From Octopus sinensis (lineage: Eukaryota): DNA of 64,000 nt. The position numbers were made by a program, and so were the translations under genes. Location: contig NC_043005.1 of the NCBI RefSeq assembly GCF_006345805.1, positions 29,698,001-29,762,000 of the forward strand, in the 5' to 3' direction. Shown here in pieces: positions 36,553 to 49,800 of the stretch (positions within the stretch are counted from its first letter, which is position 1; each line of letters starts with the position of its first letter). A model generated the notes under the pieces. It did no database searches and was not told where the DNA came from. It worked only from the letters and a program-made list of their open reading frames with translations.

Positions 36553-39521
36553 TTTGAACGGAGGCGTGTGGATTTATGCTGCATCCAGGAAGTAAGGTGG
36601 AGAGGAGGCTCCGCTAGGCTACTCACAGGCAAGGAACACAGGTACAAGATTTTCTGGACAGGGAACACTGACGGGGTCGGGGGCGTGGGTATATTTCTTG
36701 CAGAGAAATGGGTAGATAAGGTAATCGAGGTAGTCAGAGTAAGTGATAGAGTACTTAAGATTAGATTAGTGCTTCACCATAGGTCAGCTACTATCATCTC
36801 GGCATATGCCCCTCAACCAGGGCTACCGGAAGGACAAAAAGACCAATTCTATGACACCCTATTGCGGACTACCTCGTTGACAAATGACAGTGACCTCCTC
36901 TTCGTGGCAGGTGATTTCAATGGACATGTTGGACGGCATGTCGGGGGCTTCCATGGCGTGCATGGAGGCTACGGTTTTGGCTCTCGTAATGAGGAGGGAA
37001 CCAGGCTGCTGGAGTTCTGCGATGCAAATGACCTTATGGTCTGCAATACCAACTTCAGGAAACCCACCTCTCACCTAGTCACCTACCGTTCTGGCAGACA
37101 CACTAGCCAGATTGACTACATCCTTGCCAGAAAAAGGGAAAGAGGGCTGCTTATAAATGCCAAAACCTTTCCAGGCGAAGAATGTACTTCTCAACATAGA
37201 TTAGTAGTTAGCGACTTCAGGATCAGAGCTAAATGGTTGCCCAGAAGAAGACCTGCTTGGAGGAGAAGGGTCTGGAAGCTTAAAGATCCTGCAAATGGAC
37301 AGAGATTTAGAGACATACTACTCGAAGCTTTGACGAAATAGAAGGGGATATAGCTTCACTTAATGTGGAAAGCAACTGGAGATTTCTACGGGACAATCTG
37401 CTGACAGCCACTAACCAGATCTGTGGATGGAGCAAAGTACCGTCTCGACCCAGAGTAACATGGTGGTGGAACACTGTGGTTGACAGGGCTATTAGACAAA
37501 AGAGACAGGCTTGGAAGGACTGGAAGAACGGTGGTAGCAGGGAATGGTATCTGACAGCCAGAAGGGAAGCTAGGAGACAGGTTTATTTAGCCAGAGGAGA
37601 AGCGGATAAGAAAAAATTTGCCAATGTTCTGAGCCGTGAGGATGAAAGACTTGAGGTATTTCGTGTTGCAAGACAGGGTGTAAGAGAGAATCGTGATGTG
37701 GTAGGAGAGAAGTGTGTTCGCATGGATGATGGTTCACTTGCGCTAAATGAGGATGCAAAGAGAGAGGTTTGGAGATGCCACTATGAAAGGTTGCTGAATA
37801 AAGAAAATGAATGGGATAAAGAGAGTCTGCCGAATGTTGACCCTACAGAGGGACCAGCTATCCGAGTTGATAGTTCCGTGGTAGCTAAGGCAATTAGAAG
37901 CATGAAGACAGGGAAAGCCCCAGGCCCATCAGGAATTACTGCAGAGATGCTCAAAATATCTGGCAGTGTCGGCTATAACCTAGTCACCCGTATAGTCAAC
38001 CAAGTGATACACGAAGGAGTCATACCCAATGACTGGTGCAGCAGCATACTATTCAACTGCTACAAAGGTAAAGGTGATGCCCTAGATACAAATAATTACA
38101 GAAGTATCAAGCTGTTGGATCAAGTAATGAAGGTTACGGAGAGGGTCATAGCCCAACTAATTAGAGAGAGAGTTAGTTTAGATGAGATGCAGTTTGGGTT
38201 CGTGCCAGGGAAAAGTACCACTGATGCTATATTCCGGGTAAGGCAGCTGCAGGAGAAATACCTAGCCAAAGATAAGCCCCTGTACCTGGCTTTCGTTGAC
38301 ATGGAGAAAGCTTTTGATAGGGTTCCCCAATCCCTTATCTGGTGGTCAATGAGGAAACTAGGGATAGATGAATGGCTGGTGAGGACTGTGCAAGCCATGT
38401 ACAGAGATGCCGTAAGTAAGGTTAGGGTTGGCAACATGTACACAGAAGAATTCAAAGTAGAGGTTGGGGTCCACCAGGGTTCAGTACTCAGCCCCCTCCT
38501 ATTTATCATAGTACTCCAGGCAATTACGGAGGAATTCAAGACAGGCTGTCCTGGGAGCTCCTCTACGCTGACGACCTTGCTCTTATTGCTGAGTCACTAT
38601 CAGAACTGGAGGAGAAGTTCCAGGTGTGGAAGGAGGGTTTAGAATCAAGGGGCCTTAGAGTCAACCTAGCTAAAACCAAAGTACTAATAAGTAGGAAGGT
38701 AGACAATCCACAAATGTCTTCAGGAAGATGGCCCTGCTCGATCTGTAGAAAAGGTGTAGGTAGAAACTCTATAAGATGTACCCAGTGTAAGCTATGGACA
38801 CATAAGAGGTGCAGCAATGTCAAAGGTAGGCTAACTGGGAAGATAGTTTTTGTATGTGGCAGATGCTCGGGAGCATTAACCTCCGAAAATCTGCAGAAAA
38901 CAACTTCCGTCACTTTCCAGGGGGAAAAAACTAGAAGTAGTTGATAGCTTCCGTTATCTAGGTGACCAAGTCAGTAGTGGGGATGGGTGCGCTGAAAGTG
39001 TAACTGCTAGAATAAGAATAGCCTGGGCAAAGTTTAGGGAGCTCTTACCTCTGCTGGTGACTAAAGGCCTCTCGCTCAGAGTAAAAGGCAGACTGTATGA
39101 TGCGTGTGTACGAACAGCCATGCTACATGGCAGCGAAACATGGGCCGTGACTGCTGAGGACATGCGTAAGCTCGTGAGGAATGAAACCAGTATGCTCCGA
39201 TGGATGTGTAATGTCAGTGTACATACTCGACAGAGCGTTAGCACCTTGAGAGAAATGTTGTACCTAAGAAGCATCAGTTGTGGTGTGCAAGAGAGACGAT
39301 TGCGCTGGTATGGTCATGTGGCAAGAATGGATGAAGATAGGTGTGTGAGAAAGTGCCAATCCCTAGCAGTTGAGGGAACCCGTGGAAGAGGTAGACCCAG
39401 GAAAACCTGGGATGAGGTGGTGAAGCACGACCTTCGAACTTTAGGCCTCACTGAGGAAATGACCAGCGACCGAGACCTTTGGAAATATTCTGTATGTGAG
39501 AAGACCAGGCAGGACAAGTGA
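36553..39521 (+). pseudogene. RTE ORF (APE, RT with inserted PHD finger), three 1-nt frameshifts
   Basis: Frameshifts at about 37328 (-1), 38550 (-1, in ccc) and 38925 (+1, in an A run). I saw no in-frame stops in the corrected frame. Confidence 0.85.
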
Positions 39522-39559
39522 GCCCAGCCCACTTATGAATGCCTTTCCTCCCTTGGACA

Positions 39560-40110
39560 CAAAGACCTGTTGAGGCAAGCGAAGTCGATATAGAACCTCA
39601 TCCAATGACAGACACCCATGCCAACCCCCCCTGCTTGCGAAGACATGTTGGGGCAAGCGAAATCGAAATCGAAACCGAATTGAACCAGCCAGGATCCCTG
39701 GCCTGGTGGTACGTAAAAAGCACTATCCGACTAGTGGCCGTGGCACGTAAAATACTCCAATGCGACCGTACGACAAGCACCCATGCCAACCCCCTTTGCT
39801 TGTGAAGACATGTTGGGGCAAGCGAAATCGAAATCGAATTGAACCAGCCAGGATCCCTGGTCTGGTGGTACGTAAAAAGCATTATCCGACTCGTGGCCAT
39901 GGCACGTAGGTGGTACGTAAAAAGCATTATCCGACTCGTGGCCGTGGCACGTAAAATACTCCAATGCGACCGTACGACAGGCACCCATGCCAATCCCCTT
40001 TGCTTGTGAAGACATGTTGGGGCAAGCGAAATCGAAATCGAAATCGAATTGAACCAGCCAGGATCCCTGGTCTGGTGGTACGTAAAAAGCACTATCCGAC
40101 TCGTGGCCGA
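39560..40110 (+). repeat. tandem 165-205 bp modules in the RTE 3' UTR
   Basis: The unit gcttgtgaagacatgttggggcaagcgaaatcgaaatcgaa...ccatgccaacccc restarts at about 39632, 39798 and 40002. Confidence 0.85.
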
Positions 40111-40659
40111 TGCCAGCACCGCCTTGACTGGCTTCCGTGCCGGTGGCACATAAAATACACCAACCCGACTGTGGCCGTTGCCAGCCTCGCCTGGCACCTG
40201 TGCAGGTGGCATGTAAAAAGCACCCACTACACTCACGGAGTGGTTGGCATTAGGAAGGGCATCCAGCTGTAGAAACATTGCCAGATTAGACTGGAGCCTG
40301 GTGCAGCCTTCTGGCTTCCCAGAACCCCGGTCGAACCGTCCAACCCATGCTAGCATGGAGAACGGACGTTAAACGATGATGATGATGATGATGATATATA
40401 TGTGTGTGTGTGTCTATATATATGTATATATATGTATATCTACACACACACACAAACACATTATAAATAGAGAGATAGATAGATAGATAGACGTGTGTGT
40501 ATGATAGCCATATGTTTGTGTCTCCTTGTCTTGACATTATGTAAGAATGGTGACAGGAAGGCCATCCAGCTGTAGAAAATCTGCCTCAATGAAATTCTGT
40601 TTGACCCATGCAAGCATCAGAAAGTGGACTGTGATAAATCACTGTTGAAGAGATGATGA

Positions 40660-41040
40660 AGACGATGGTGGTGGTGGTGGTGGTGGTGGTGTGGTGTTGG
40701 TGGTGGCTGTGGTGTTGGTGGTGGCTGTGGTGTTGGTGGTGGTGGTGATGGTGGTGGCCATGGTGCTGGTGGTGGTAATGGTGATGGTGGTGGTGGTAAT
40801 GGTGATGGTGGTGGTGGTGCTTTAGTGGTGGCAATGATCGTGGTTATGTTGGTGGTGATAATGATGATGATGATGGTGGTGGTGATGGCGGTGGTGGTGG
40901 TGGTGGTGGTGATGGTGGTGGTGGTGGTGATGGTGGTGGTAGTGGTGGTGACAGTAGTGATGACAATGATGATGGGGAGAGTGATGATGATGGTGATGAT
41001 GGTGGTGTTTATGATGCTGATGCTAATTAAATGTATAATG

Positions 41041-41075
<35 letters not shown>
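40660..41075. repeat. (GGT/GAT)n plus (AAT)n low-complexity tract
   Basis: Direct reading. Source of the poly-His and poly-Val pseudo-ORFs. Confidence 0.95.
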
Positions 41076-41076
<1 letters not shown>

Positions 41077-41596
41077 TTATTGTACTCAGTGCTCATCTAT
41101 TCCATCGGCTGGCTCTATTCTTCTCTAATTTTTCCTCAGAACCTAGTTTTATTTTATATGCGTTGTTTCGTTTGTTTTTCATTGTTGTTTGTTTTCACCT
41201 GGTCTTGTGTCTGCTTCATTCACTGTGTAGAGTTTGCTTCTGCATTGTTATATAATTAATTATATCAATTAATTGATATGAATAGCCATTATCAGAAACT
41301 CATTAAAGGAACACAACACTTATTTTACGCACAATCATCAATATTATGTTACAAGAACAACGTAAACGTAAAACCTTTTCAGTAACAACAAAACTACAAT
41401 CGTCGAATATGTTTCTTTATAACTGATTCTGCAATAAATATGAAAGTGGTAAATTTTCTGATTCTTGCTGCTATATTGCTATTTTTGGTATATTAGGTAT
41501 TTTAGGCATCTTAGTATCCAATTTATATAAACAGACAACAAACACACGTAAACACACACACACACACATACACACACATCAATATATATATATGTC

Positions 41597-41636
<40 letters not shown>

Positions 41637-43075
41637 TGTGTGTAAGTTGTAGTATCGTCCTCATAGCCATCATTTTATATTTGTCTTTTATGCTGGTATA
41701 AGTTTGACAATGTGTGAGGGTCCAATAGAACAGAAGACTACATTTTGTTCTGCTGTCTCAGTTTTGGTATGGTTTCTACACTTGGATCGTCGTCATCATC
41801 GTTGCACATCGATGTCCTTAATGCCAACCACTTTACAAAGTGTACTGGGTGCTCTTTTCGGGGCACTAGCACAAGTGGGGTCACCATGTAAGTTGCAAAA
41901 CTAAAGTGGCCCTTCAACCAAGAGAAGGCATAGCGGAGAGGGCAGTGGCTTTGTGTGAGGAATGATAGAAAGGAGAGGAACAGAGACTGCTCCATGTCTT
42001 AAGTGTATCTATGTGAGGGACGCCATGTCATATCATATGAGGATGGATGGAAATGAATGGAGTGGTGTCAGAAAGAGAGGTAAAGGTGTTGGTGGCATCA
42101 TGTCAGAACATAGCTCTGAAGGTAGAAGAAGGCGGGAAGAAGTAGGCTTAAGGAAAGGAGAGCATGAAGGGTGAGTAAAGATTGCAAGAAGATGGTGGGA
42201 GAGTGAGATATAGTTAGAAATGGGGAAGAAAAGTGGGGAGATTTTATGGTAGATATGAGTAGGGGCATGCTTTCTACACCTGAAATCTTTTGGGGAATAA
42301 GGGGCCAGTCAGTTACTTTGACCCCGGTACTCAACTGATACTTATTTCATTGACCCTGAAAGTATGGAAGGCAAAACTGGCCTCAGCAGAATTTGTACTC
42401 AGCATATAGAGATAGGCAAAATTCCACTTAGCCCTTTGCCCAATGTGTTAACAATTCTGCCAGGCACCATGATGACTGGTAGAGGATGGCCAGCAAAATA
42501 ATACAGTAGATGGAGAAGGGATGAATAAATGATGGATAAGGAAACGAGGGTTGGGGTTGGGGAAGTATATATTGCAAGAGTGTGGGATGTTGCGAGAGAG
42601 GTAGGGAGATGGGAGGGTGGGTGAGGGGTATAGGAATGAACACAACGAATGGCAAATAAAGGTGGGCTGAAGTCAATGGTAGATGTGAGACAGTGTGAAG
42701 AATGTGAAATGGATGCCAATAGGAACTGACTTGGAGAAAGAGAGTGGTGCCAGTCACCACTGAAAGGGTGATCAGTGAAAAACACGAGTGATGAGTGACA
42801 ATGTCAAGAGATTATATATAGTTTACCATTCTTTTATTGATCTACAGTTTACCATTCTACCACTGATATAATTTACCATTCTCTCATCAATATACATCTT
42901 ACTATTCTACCATTGCTATAGTTTACTAATCTACCAATGATATACAGTTCACCATTTTGTCACTAATATAATGGTTGCTGTTCTATCCAAGTATTTATTT
43001 GTAAGGACTACAGAAATGACGATCAATATTGAAAGCCTGTTCAGCTGTGTTAAAGATATTTATATTAATGCTTAC

Positions 43076-43137
43076 AGATTACACACTTCTGCATTTCAGA
43101 CAGAACGTTGAAAGCATTGAAAAGAAAACAAGGAATT
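43076..43137 (-). CDS. possible 62-nt exon
   Basis: cctttatttattcag| ... |gtaagcat. One open frame IPCFLFNAFNVLSEMQKCVI (phase 2 to 1). Could be chance in AT-rich DNA. Confidence 0.2.
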
Positions 43138-44149
43138 CTGAATAAATAAAGGACTGTATGGAGATAGGTGGAGGGAAAGAAAGACAAAATGTAGATCTGA
43201 GGATGAATAATAGGTGAAACGAAATATTGATAGAAAATAGTTGCATTCCATTTATGTAGAGACAAGAATAAAATAAATTCAATTAATATGAAAGACAAGT
43301 TTTAAAAATATGTTGCTGTTTGTGTGAGTTATGAGGGAAAAAAATAGATTGATAAGTGAAAATGGTTGAAGGAAATATGCTAGATACTTGTTAAGAGAAA
43401 ATAACTTAGTTAATCAGCTGAAGACCATTAAATGTTGGTGAAATTAGGAAATTTGAAATTAAATTTAGCTATGTTAAAATATTTAGTTACATATGAAGAC
43501 ATTAGAAAACTGTTGGACCAGAAGCCATGCAAATGTGGATAAATAAATAAATAAGGAATACATGGGTAAACATGTTTAATGACTCATAAGTATCTGAAGG
43601 CAAGAAATTTTTTAGCATTCATAAACAAATTGAGATGATTATAATTGTGTTTGTGTGTGTGAGAGCTAGGTATAGTATTTAATAATTGAATAATAAGATA
43701 GAATATAAAATTTTATTGTAAAGTGTTAACTGCATTAAAGAGTTTTGTAAGGGGAAATAATTGACTGAATTAAAGTGTGACAGAAATTGTCATTGAAGAA
43801 CTGGTGAAGATGTGTAATGGAAATTTCAAAATGGTTTAAGATAGGATAAGATAAGAAAGCAGAAAATGGGAAGATTAGTAATAACAGAGTAGAAATAAAT
43901 AAGTGGTTAAATAAAATGTGAAAAGAAATAAGCTTAAATATTATAAAATATACTACAATGTGACATCATTAGAATTTATAAACTTTTGAATGAATATGGA
44001 ATAATTCCTCTTTGAAATTGGTTCTCGAAGTACACATAAAGCTATGAATAATAAACATCGAGTAGAAAACTCCTTTTGGATAGAAAAAGCTGAAGGCTGT
44101 CCATGAAACTCAAACATACATTTATAGGCATGCTATTATTTGTTCTTTG

Positions 44150-44345
44150 CTAATCTAGGCAAATGCCCAAAATTTTTGGGGAGGTGGAGTAGTCAATTAG
44201 ATCGACCCCAGTATGCAACTGGTACTGAAAGGATGAAAGGCAAAGTCGACCTTGGCAGAATTGGAACTCAAAACATGAAGACAGATAAAATACCGCTAAG
44301 CATTTCGCCGAGCATGCTAACATTTCTGCCAGCTCCACCACCACC
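44150..44345 (-). mobile_element. tRNA-derived SINE family B
   Basis: Reverse complement of gagctggcagaa..gttagca..c.gcgaaatgcttagcggtatt...gttccaattc...gtcgactttgcctttcatcc, as at 49194. A decayed copy lies at 42300-42450. Confidence 0.8.
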
Positions 44346-44813
44346 TTCATGCTGTTATTTATTAGCTTTGTGTGTACTTTGAGAACCAATACCAATGAAG
44401 AAATATTCCACTATAATGTGAAATTAATTGGAATGACTTGTAGAAACCATGCCAAAGCAGAGATTGGGCTATGACGCAGTCCTTGGAACTGTCAGATCCT
44501 GTCAAGCAACCCAACCTATGCCATTTAGCATGAATGTTAAATGATGATAATGATGGGGGATCATACGAGGAAAAGTAATTGATTGAAATAAAACATGGAA
44601 TGGTGGATCAGCTGCAGGGTTGTATGAAAGAGAATGTTATAAAGGAAACCGTAATAAACTAGATGAGTTAAATGAGTTAAATATATGCATATATATTTAA
44701 ATATACATGAAATAGAGAAAAAGAAATGTCAATGTAGAATAATATGTGAAAGGGAAATAACTAAAATATCTCCTTTGGAAAACAGTTTCATACCACTCTC
44801 TTTTAACATTTTG

Positions 44814-44868
<55 letters not shown>

Positions 44869-45369
44869 TAATAATAATATCCTTTCTACTGAGGACACAG
44901 GACCTGAAGTGGGTGAGGGTACTAGTTGATTACATCAACCCCAGTATTTCACTGGTAATTGGCGACGCTCACAACTGTATAGCATGTGTATGTGTATATG
45001 TGTGGGAGCGTACACACACAAAAAACTGTCTGATGAACGGCAACGAGAAACTCAGAGTAACAGATTTTGTTGAATTTTCTGCTGCTTAAAATAAAGTATA
45101 TATATATATATAGGAAAAATCAAATGACAAAGGGATTTTTTAGATAATTCATCACCATCATCATCATTTACTGTTGATGTTCTATGCTGGCATGGATTAA
45201 ATTTCATGTATTAATATAAACCAAGTTCTATCAATATCCGAGTAAAGAAGACTAGTCTCCCTGTGCAAACTTGGCTAAATGAACATAAAAATACATTAAA
45301 ACTGTTGAAAACTAGAGGCTGAGAGGCTTCTATTTATGTCTCGTCCAATAATCACAGCTAAGTCTATAT

Positions 45370-47345
45370 ACAATGTCTTCTCTGCTTCTTGATGTTCTCT
45401 CATTTTCCCCTCAATTGTCTCTCTTCTACTATCCACTGTACTATGCTACTCATGTAGGCATTCATCAGAGTTCAGTTCTCAGTCCCCTCCTATTCCTCAT
45501 CGTCCCCCAGGCCATAACAGAAGAATTCAAGACTGGCTGTCCCTGGGAACTCTTATCTGCTGATGATCTTGCTCTTATAGTAGGTTTTGTAACAGAACTA
45601 GGAAGGAAATTCCAGGTGTGGAAGCAAAACCTGGAATCAAAGAGCCTTAAGATTAACTAAGCAAAGATTAAGGTAAGCAAAAAAACGGACAGGACCCTTC
45701 CCCCAACAGGTAAATGGCCCTGCTTGATATGTTGTAAAGATGTAAGGAGAAAAATTCCATTCAGTGTACCCAGTGCAAGCTTTGGATGTACAAGGGATGC
45801 AGAGGAATGTTTTCAGAGAACGTAGTGTTTGTATGTGGAAGATGCACAGGGGCCATAAAAACTACAGATACTCAGGAAATTCATTTTCTCAAATGCCCCA
45901 GAGGCTCTTCAGAGGTAGTGGACAATTTCTGCTACCTGGAGGACTTAATTAGCTGTGGTAGAGGATGCACGGAAAGTGTAATCACTAGAATAAGAATAGG
46001 ATGGAGAAAATTCAGAGAGCTGTTACCTATGTTGGCAACCAAAAGTTTCTCTCTCCAATAGAAAGGAAGATTGTACGATGCATGTATAAGAACAGCAATG
46101 ATACATGGTAGTGAGATGTGGGTCCTGAATGCAGAAGACATGCAAAAGCAAGAGAGGAATGAAGCTAGCATGCTGCACTTGATGTGTCATGTGAGTGTAC
46201 ATGCGTGGCAGTGTGCCAGTGTGTTGAGGGAAAAGTTGGGCACAAGAGGAATTAGCTGCAGTGCGCAAGAGAGAGAAGACTTTGTTAGTTTGGTCATATG
46301 ATGCAGATGGATGTTGATGATTGCATACAGAAGTGATGATCACTTAAAATGGATGGAACTTGTGGAAGAAGGAGTCCCAGGAAGACAAGGGACAAAGTAT
46401 TGAAGGACAATCTGAAGACACTGAGCCTTATGAAGGAGATGACTAAGGACTGAGATATTTGATGCCTTCTTGTACGCAAGAAGACCCGTCCACCACAGAA
46501 AAATCAATACCGGTGTTGGTTCCACATGAAAATCATTCATGCTGGTGCCACAAAAAGCTCCCAGCACACTCTGTGGAATGATTGGTATCAGGAAGAGCAT
46601 CCAGCCATAGAAACCAAGCCAGAACAGACAGTAGGGCATGGTGCAGCCCCTGGCCATACCAACTCTGATCAAGCTGGTGATCTCTCTAATGCTGGTGACT
46701 CTATAAAAATACGTCCAGTATGCTATGTAAAGGGGGTTGGTGTTAAGAAGCCAGCTATAGAAATGAAGCCAAAATAAAACATGCCTATGCCAGTGTGTGT
46801 AACCATCCCACTTATGAGCACCCCTCATTTATTGGACAATAAACTTTGCTTGTGAAGACCTATTGAGGCAAGTGAAATCAAAATCAAAATCACTGATGTG
46901 GCCTGATTGCCACTCATGCCAGTGGAATGTTTAAAGTACATCTGAGCATGATCGTTGCCAGGGATGCAGATTGGTTCCTGTGCCGATGGCATGTAAAAAG
47001 CACCATTCAAGAGTGATCGTTGCCAGTGTTACCTTACCGACACATGTGCTGATGGCATGTGAAAAACAGCATTCGAGTGTGGTTGTTGCCAGTGCTGCCA
47101 GACTGGCTCCCATGCAGGTAGCATGTAAAAATCACCTTTTAAACATGGTCATTGCCAGAACCACCTGACTGGCCAAGCACCCACTACAGTGGTTGGTGTT
47201 AGGAAGGGCATCCAGTTATAGAAACTTTGCCAGATCAGACTGGAGCCTGGTGTAGCCTTCAGGCTCACTAGTCCTCAGTCGAACTGTCCAACCCATGCCA
47301 CCAAGGAAAGTGGACGTTAAGCGACAACGATGATGATGATGATGA
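45370..47345 (+). mobile_element. older degraded RTE LINE 3' half
   Basis: HVGIHQSSVLSPLLFLIV...GCPWELLSADDL, decayed PHD, FCYLED, MYDACIRTAM, then 3' UTR and (GAT)n. Confidence 0.85.
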
Positions 47346-47596
47346 TGAACAAGACGTGGTTTGCTGACCTGACCTGTTTGGGAGAGCAAGTAACTTGCAA
47401 GAAGGACTGATAGATTGTGATGATCTGGCCAACTTATGTCAGCGTGGAATGCAGACATGAAATGATGATCATGACCATGATCATGATGATATCTAAACAC
47501 TAATGACACATTAAAGTACTTTTTGAGATAATTCTATTTCTTAAATTACTGGTTCAAAGATAAACTAAAATCTAGCTACACACACACACACATATG

Positions 47597-47676
<80 letters not shown>

Positions 47677-47682
47677 TCTGTC

Positions 47683-47731
<49 letters not shown>

Positions 47732-48317
47732 GTCATCATCATCATCATCATCATCGTTTAGCGTCCGTTTTCCATGCTAGCATGGGTTGGATATATAATA
47801 TATACATATATGTATATATTATATATACATATGACATGTATATATATATATATACACACACACACATATATATTAATATAAGTACACATCTTCCGTTGTC
47901 GGTGTTCTTCTTTCATACAACTAGACTCTCTGAATCTCTGACAAATGCTTCTTCTATTTACCTTTGTAACAGCAGCAACAACCTTTTGTTCAAACATATC
48001 CTCCTTAGTTTACATATCTCTGCCTTTATTTGTCAGTCTGTCCTCTTGTCCTCACCTAATATTCCTTCTACGTATGAAATCCACCCAACTTTATGTTAAC
48101 AGATCCATTCCAATGTATATACATCTACTGTGACCTGTCAATACCCTGTCACGTCATCATTCCATATATGGCCACCCCTAATTCCTCCATACCTGTCTAT
48201 CCCATCTTAAGCATATCTACCTTCATTTGCCCTGCTACCCCCACCTACATGCCATGTGTAGGAAACACCTGAAAAATGAAGTTTATGCTCTCTGCTGATC
48301 GTTTTGAAGGCACAGCT

Positions 48318-48369
<52 letters not shown>

Positions 48370-49193
48370 CGTGTGCATGTGCATATGTGTGTATGTGTGT
48401 GCATGTATGTGTGAGTGCATGTGTATGTGTGTGTGTATTTGTTTGTGCGTATGGGCGTGTGTGTGTGTCTGTGTGTATGTGTGTGCGCGTGTGTGTATGT
48501 GTGTCTGTGTGTGTGTGTGTGTGTGCATGTATGTGTGTTTGCATGTGTGTGTGTGTATGTGTGATTCCAAAACACAAACAAACTGAAGACCCTTCCATTG
48601 TTTCTGTTCTCTTTATTTTTCATTTGTCCCAGCCATTAGACTGTGGCCATGCTGGAGCACCACCCTGAAGCATTCTAGTCAAATGAATTGACCCAGTGCT
48701 TAATTTTTTTTGCAATGCCTATTGGTGTCTTTTGCTGAACCGTTACGTTGCAAAAACATAAACCACACCAACACTGGTTACCAAATCATTGTGGGGACAA
48801 ATGCAGAGACAATCACACACACACACAATCACACGCATACAAAAAATCACACACAATCACTCACACACACACACAGTCACACAGATACATACACAAAATC
48901 ACACACACACTCACATACATACACACAGAATCACACACATACAATCACATACACATATGCACACACACACATACAATCACACATACATGCACACACAATC
49001 ATACACACACACACACACTGTGTGTTAGAAACACATGGTAAAGAAGTGCATATTCTCTCTCTGGTCATATTGAATCTGCTGCTTCTGTATGGCCATGTCC
49101 TGTGATGGCTAAAATAAATTAAAGAGCCCCATTTTTGTTCCTTGAGTTTATTGTTATTTAGCCATATACCGTGTCATAATGATTACCTCACAA

Positions 49194-49407
49194 AGGCGGC
49201 GAGCTGGCAGAATCGTTAGCACACCAGGTGAAATGCTTAGCAGTATTTCATCTGTCTTTACATTCTGAGTTCAAATTCTGCTGAGGTCGATTTGCTTTTC
49301 ATCCTTTCGGGATGGATAAATTAACTACCAGTTGCATACTAGGGTTGATCTTCTCGACTGCTCCACCCCCCACCCAAATTTTGGGCCTTGTGCCCAGAGT
49401 AGAGAAG
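49194..49407 (+). mobile_element. tRNA-derived SINE family B with probable TSD
   Basis: ggcggcgagctggcagaatcgttagcac...gagttcaaattc (B box). Flanks aatgattacctcacaa and aatgattagctcaacaa. Confidence 0.8.
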
Positions 49408-49445
49408 AATGATTAGCTCAACAACAATGTTCCACTGAGACATGA

Positions 49446-49520
49446 GACATGATGGCTGAGTGGGTAAGGTATTTGATTGGATGCTTATTGTAGGCTCCAA
49501 GTTCGAACCTACAGCTTGTA
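49446..49520 (+). pseudogene. tRNA-like relic or SINE head
   Basis: A box TGGCTGAGTGG (49453-49463) and B box GTTCGAACC (49501-49509). The cloverleaf stems do not pair well. Confidence 0.4.
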
Positions 49521-49559
49521 TCCCATTGTGTTTCTATATAAAATGTAAGAGTTTCCTCA

Positions 49560-49800
49560 GATTCACAGAAACCCATTCTTAAACGCCTGTGTTACAATGT
49601 ATAGAACTATAATAGAGAGGAGGGGATAAAGAACTGCACCCTGGTGGACCCATATCTGCGTGCTCAATTCGTTGCTGCACTCTTTCTGTTAATTCTTACC
49701 TTGTTGTATGTACCTCTTCACATAGCTTCCACAGACCCTAACTAGCTAGTCATATACCCTTAGTCACAGACCTTAACTAACCTGTCGTATACCTTCAGTT
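49560..49800 (-). mobile_element. degraded RTE RT fragment
   Basis: Minus frame WVHQGAVLYPLLSIIVLYIVTQAFK, homologous to VHQGSVLSPLLFIIVLQAITEEFK. Confidence 0.65.

Larger units (their letters stand above)
36553..40394 (+). mobile_element. RTE-clade LINE, slightly 5'-truncated, with (GAT)n tail
   Basis: APE domain ([35 protein letters not shown]), RT (FVDMEKAFDRV, VHQGSVLSPLLF, YADD at 38564-38575, FRYLG), tandemly modular 3' UTR. Inserted in (TA)n. Confidence 0.95.

Noticed and set aside
40586-41259. Poly-His/Thr/Pro and poly-Val ORFs; similar ORFs at 55634-56035 and poly-Glu/Arg at 58959-59333
   Set aside because: Trinucleotide repeat tracts with no splice or homology support.
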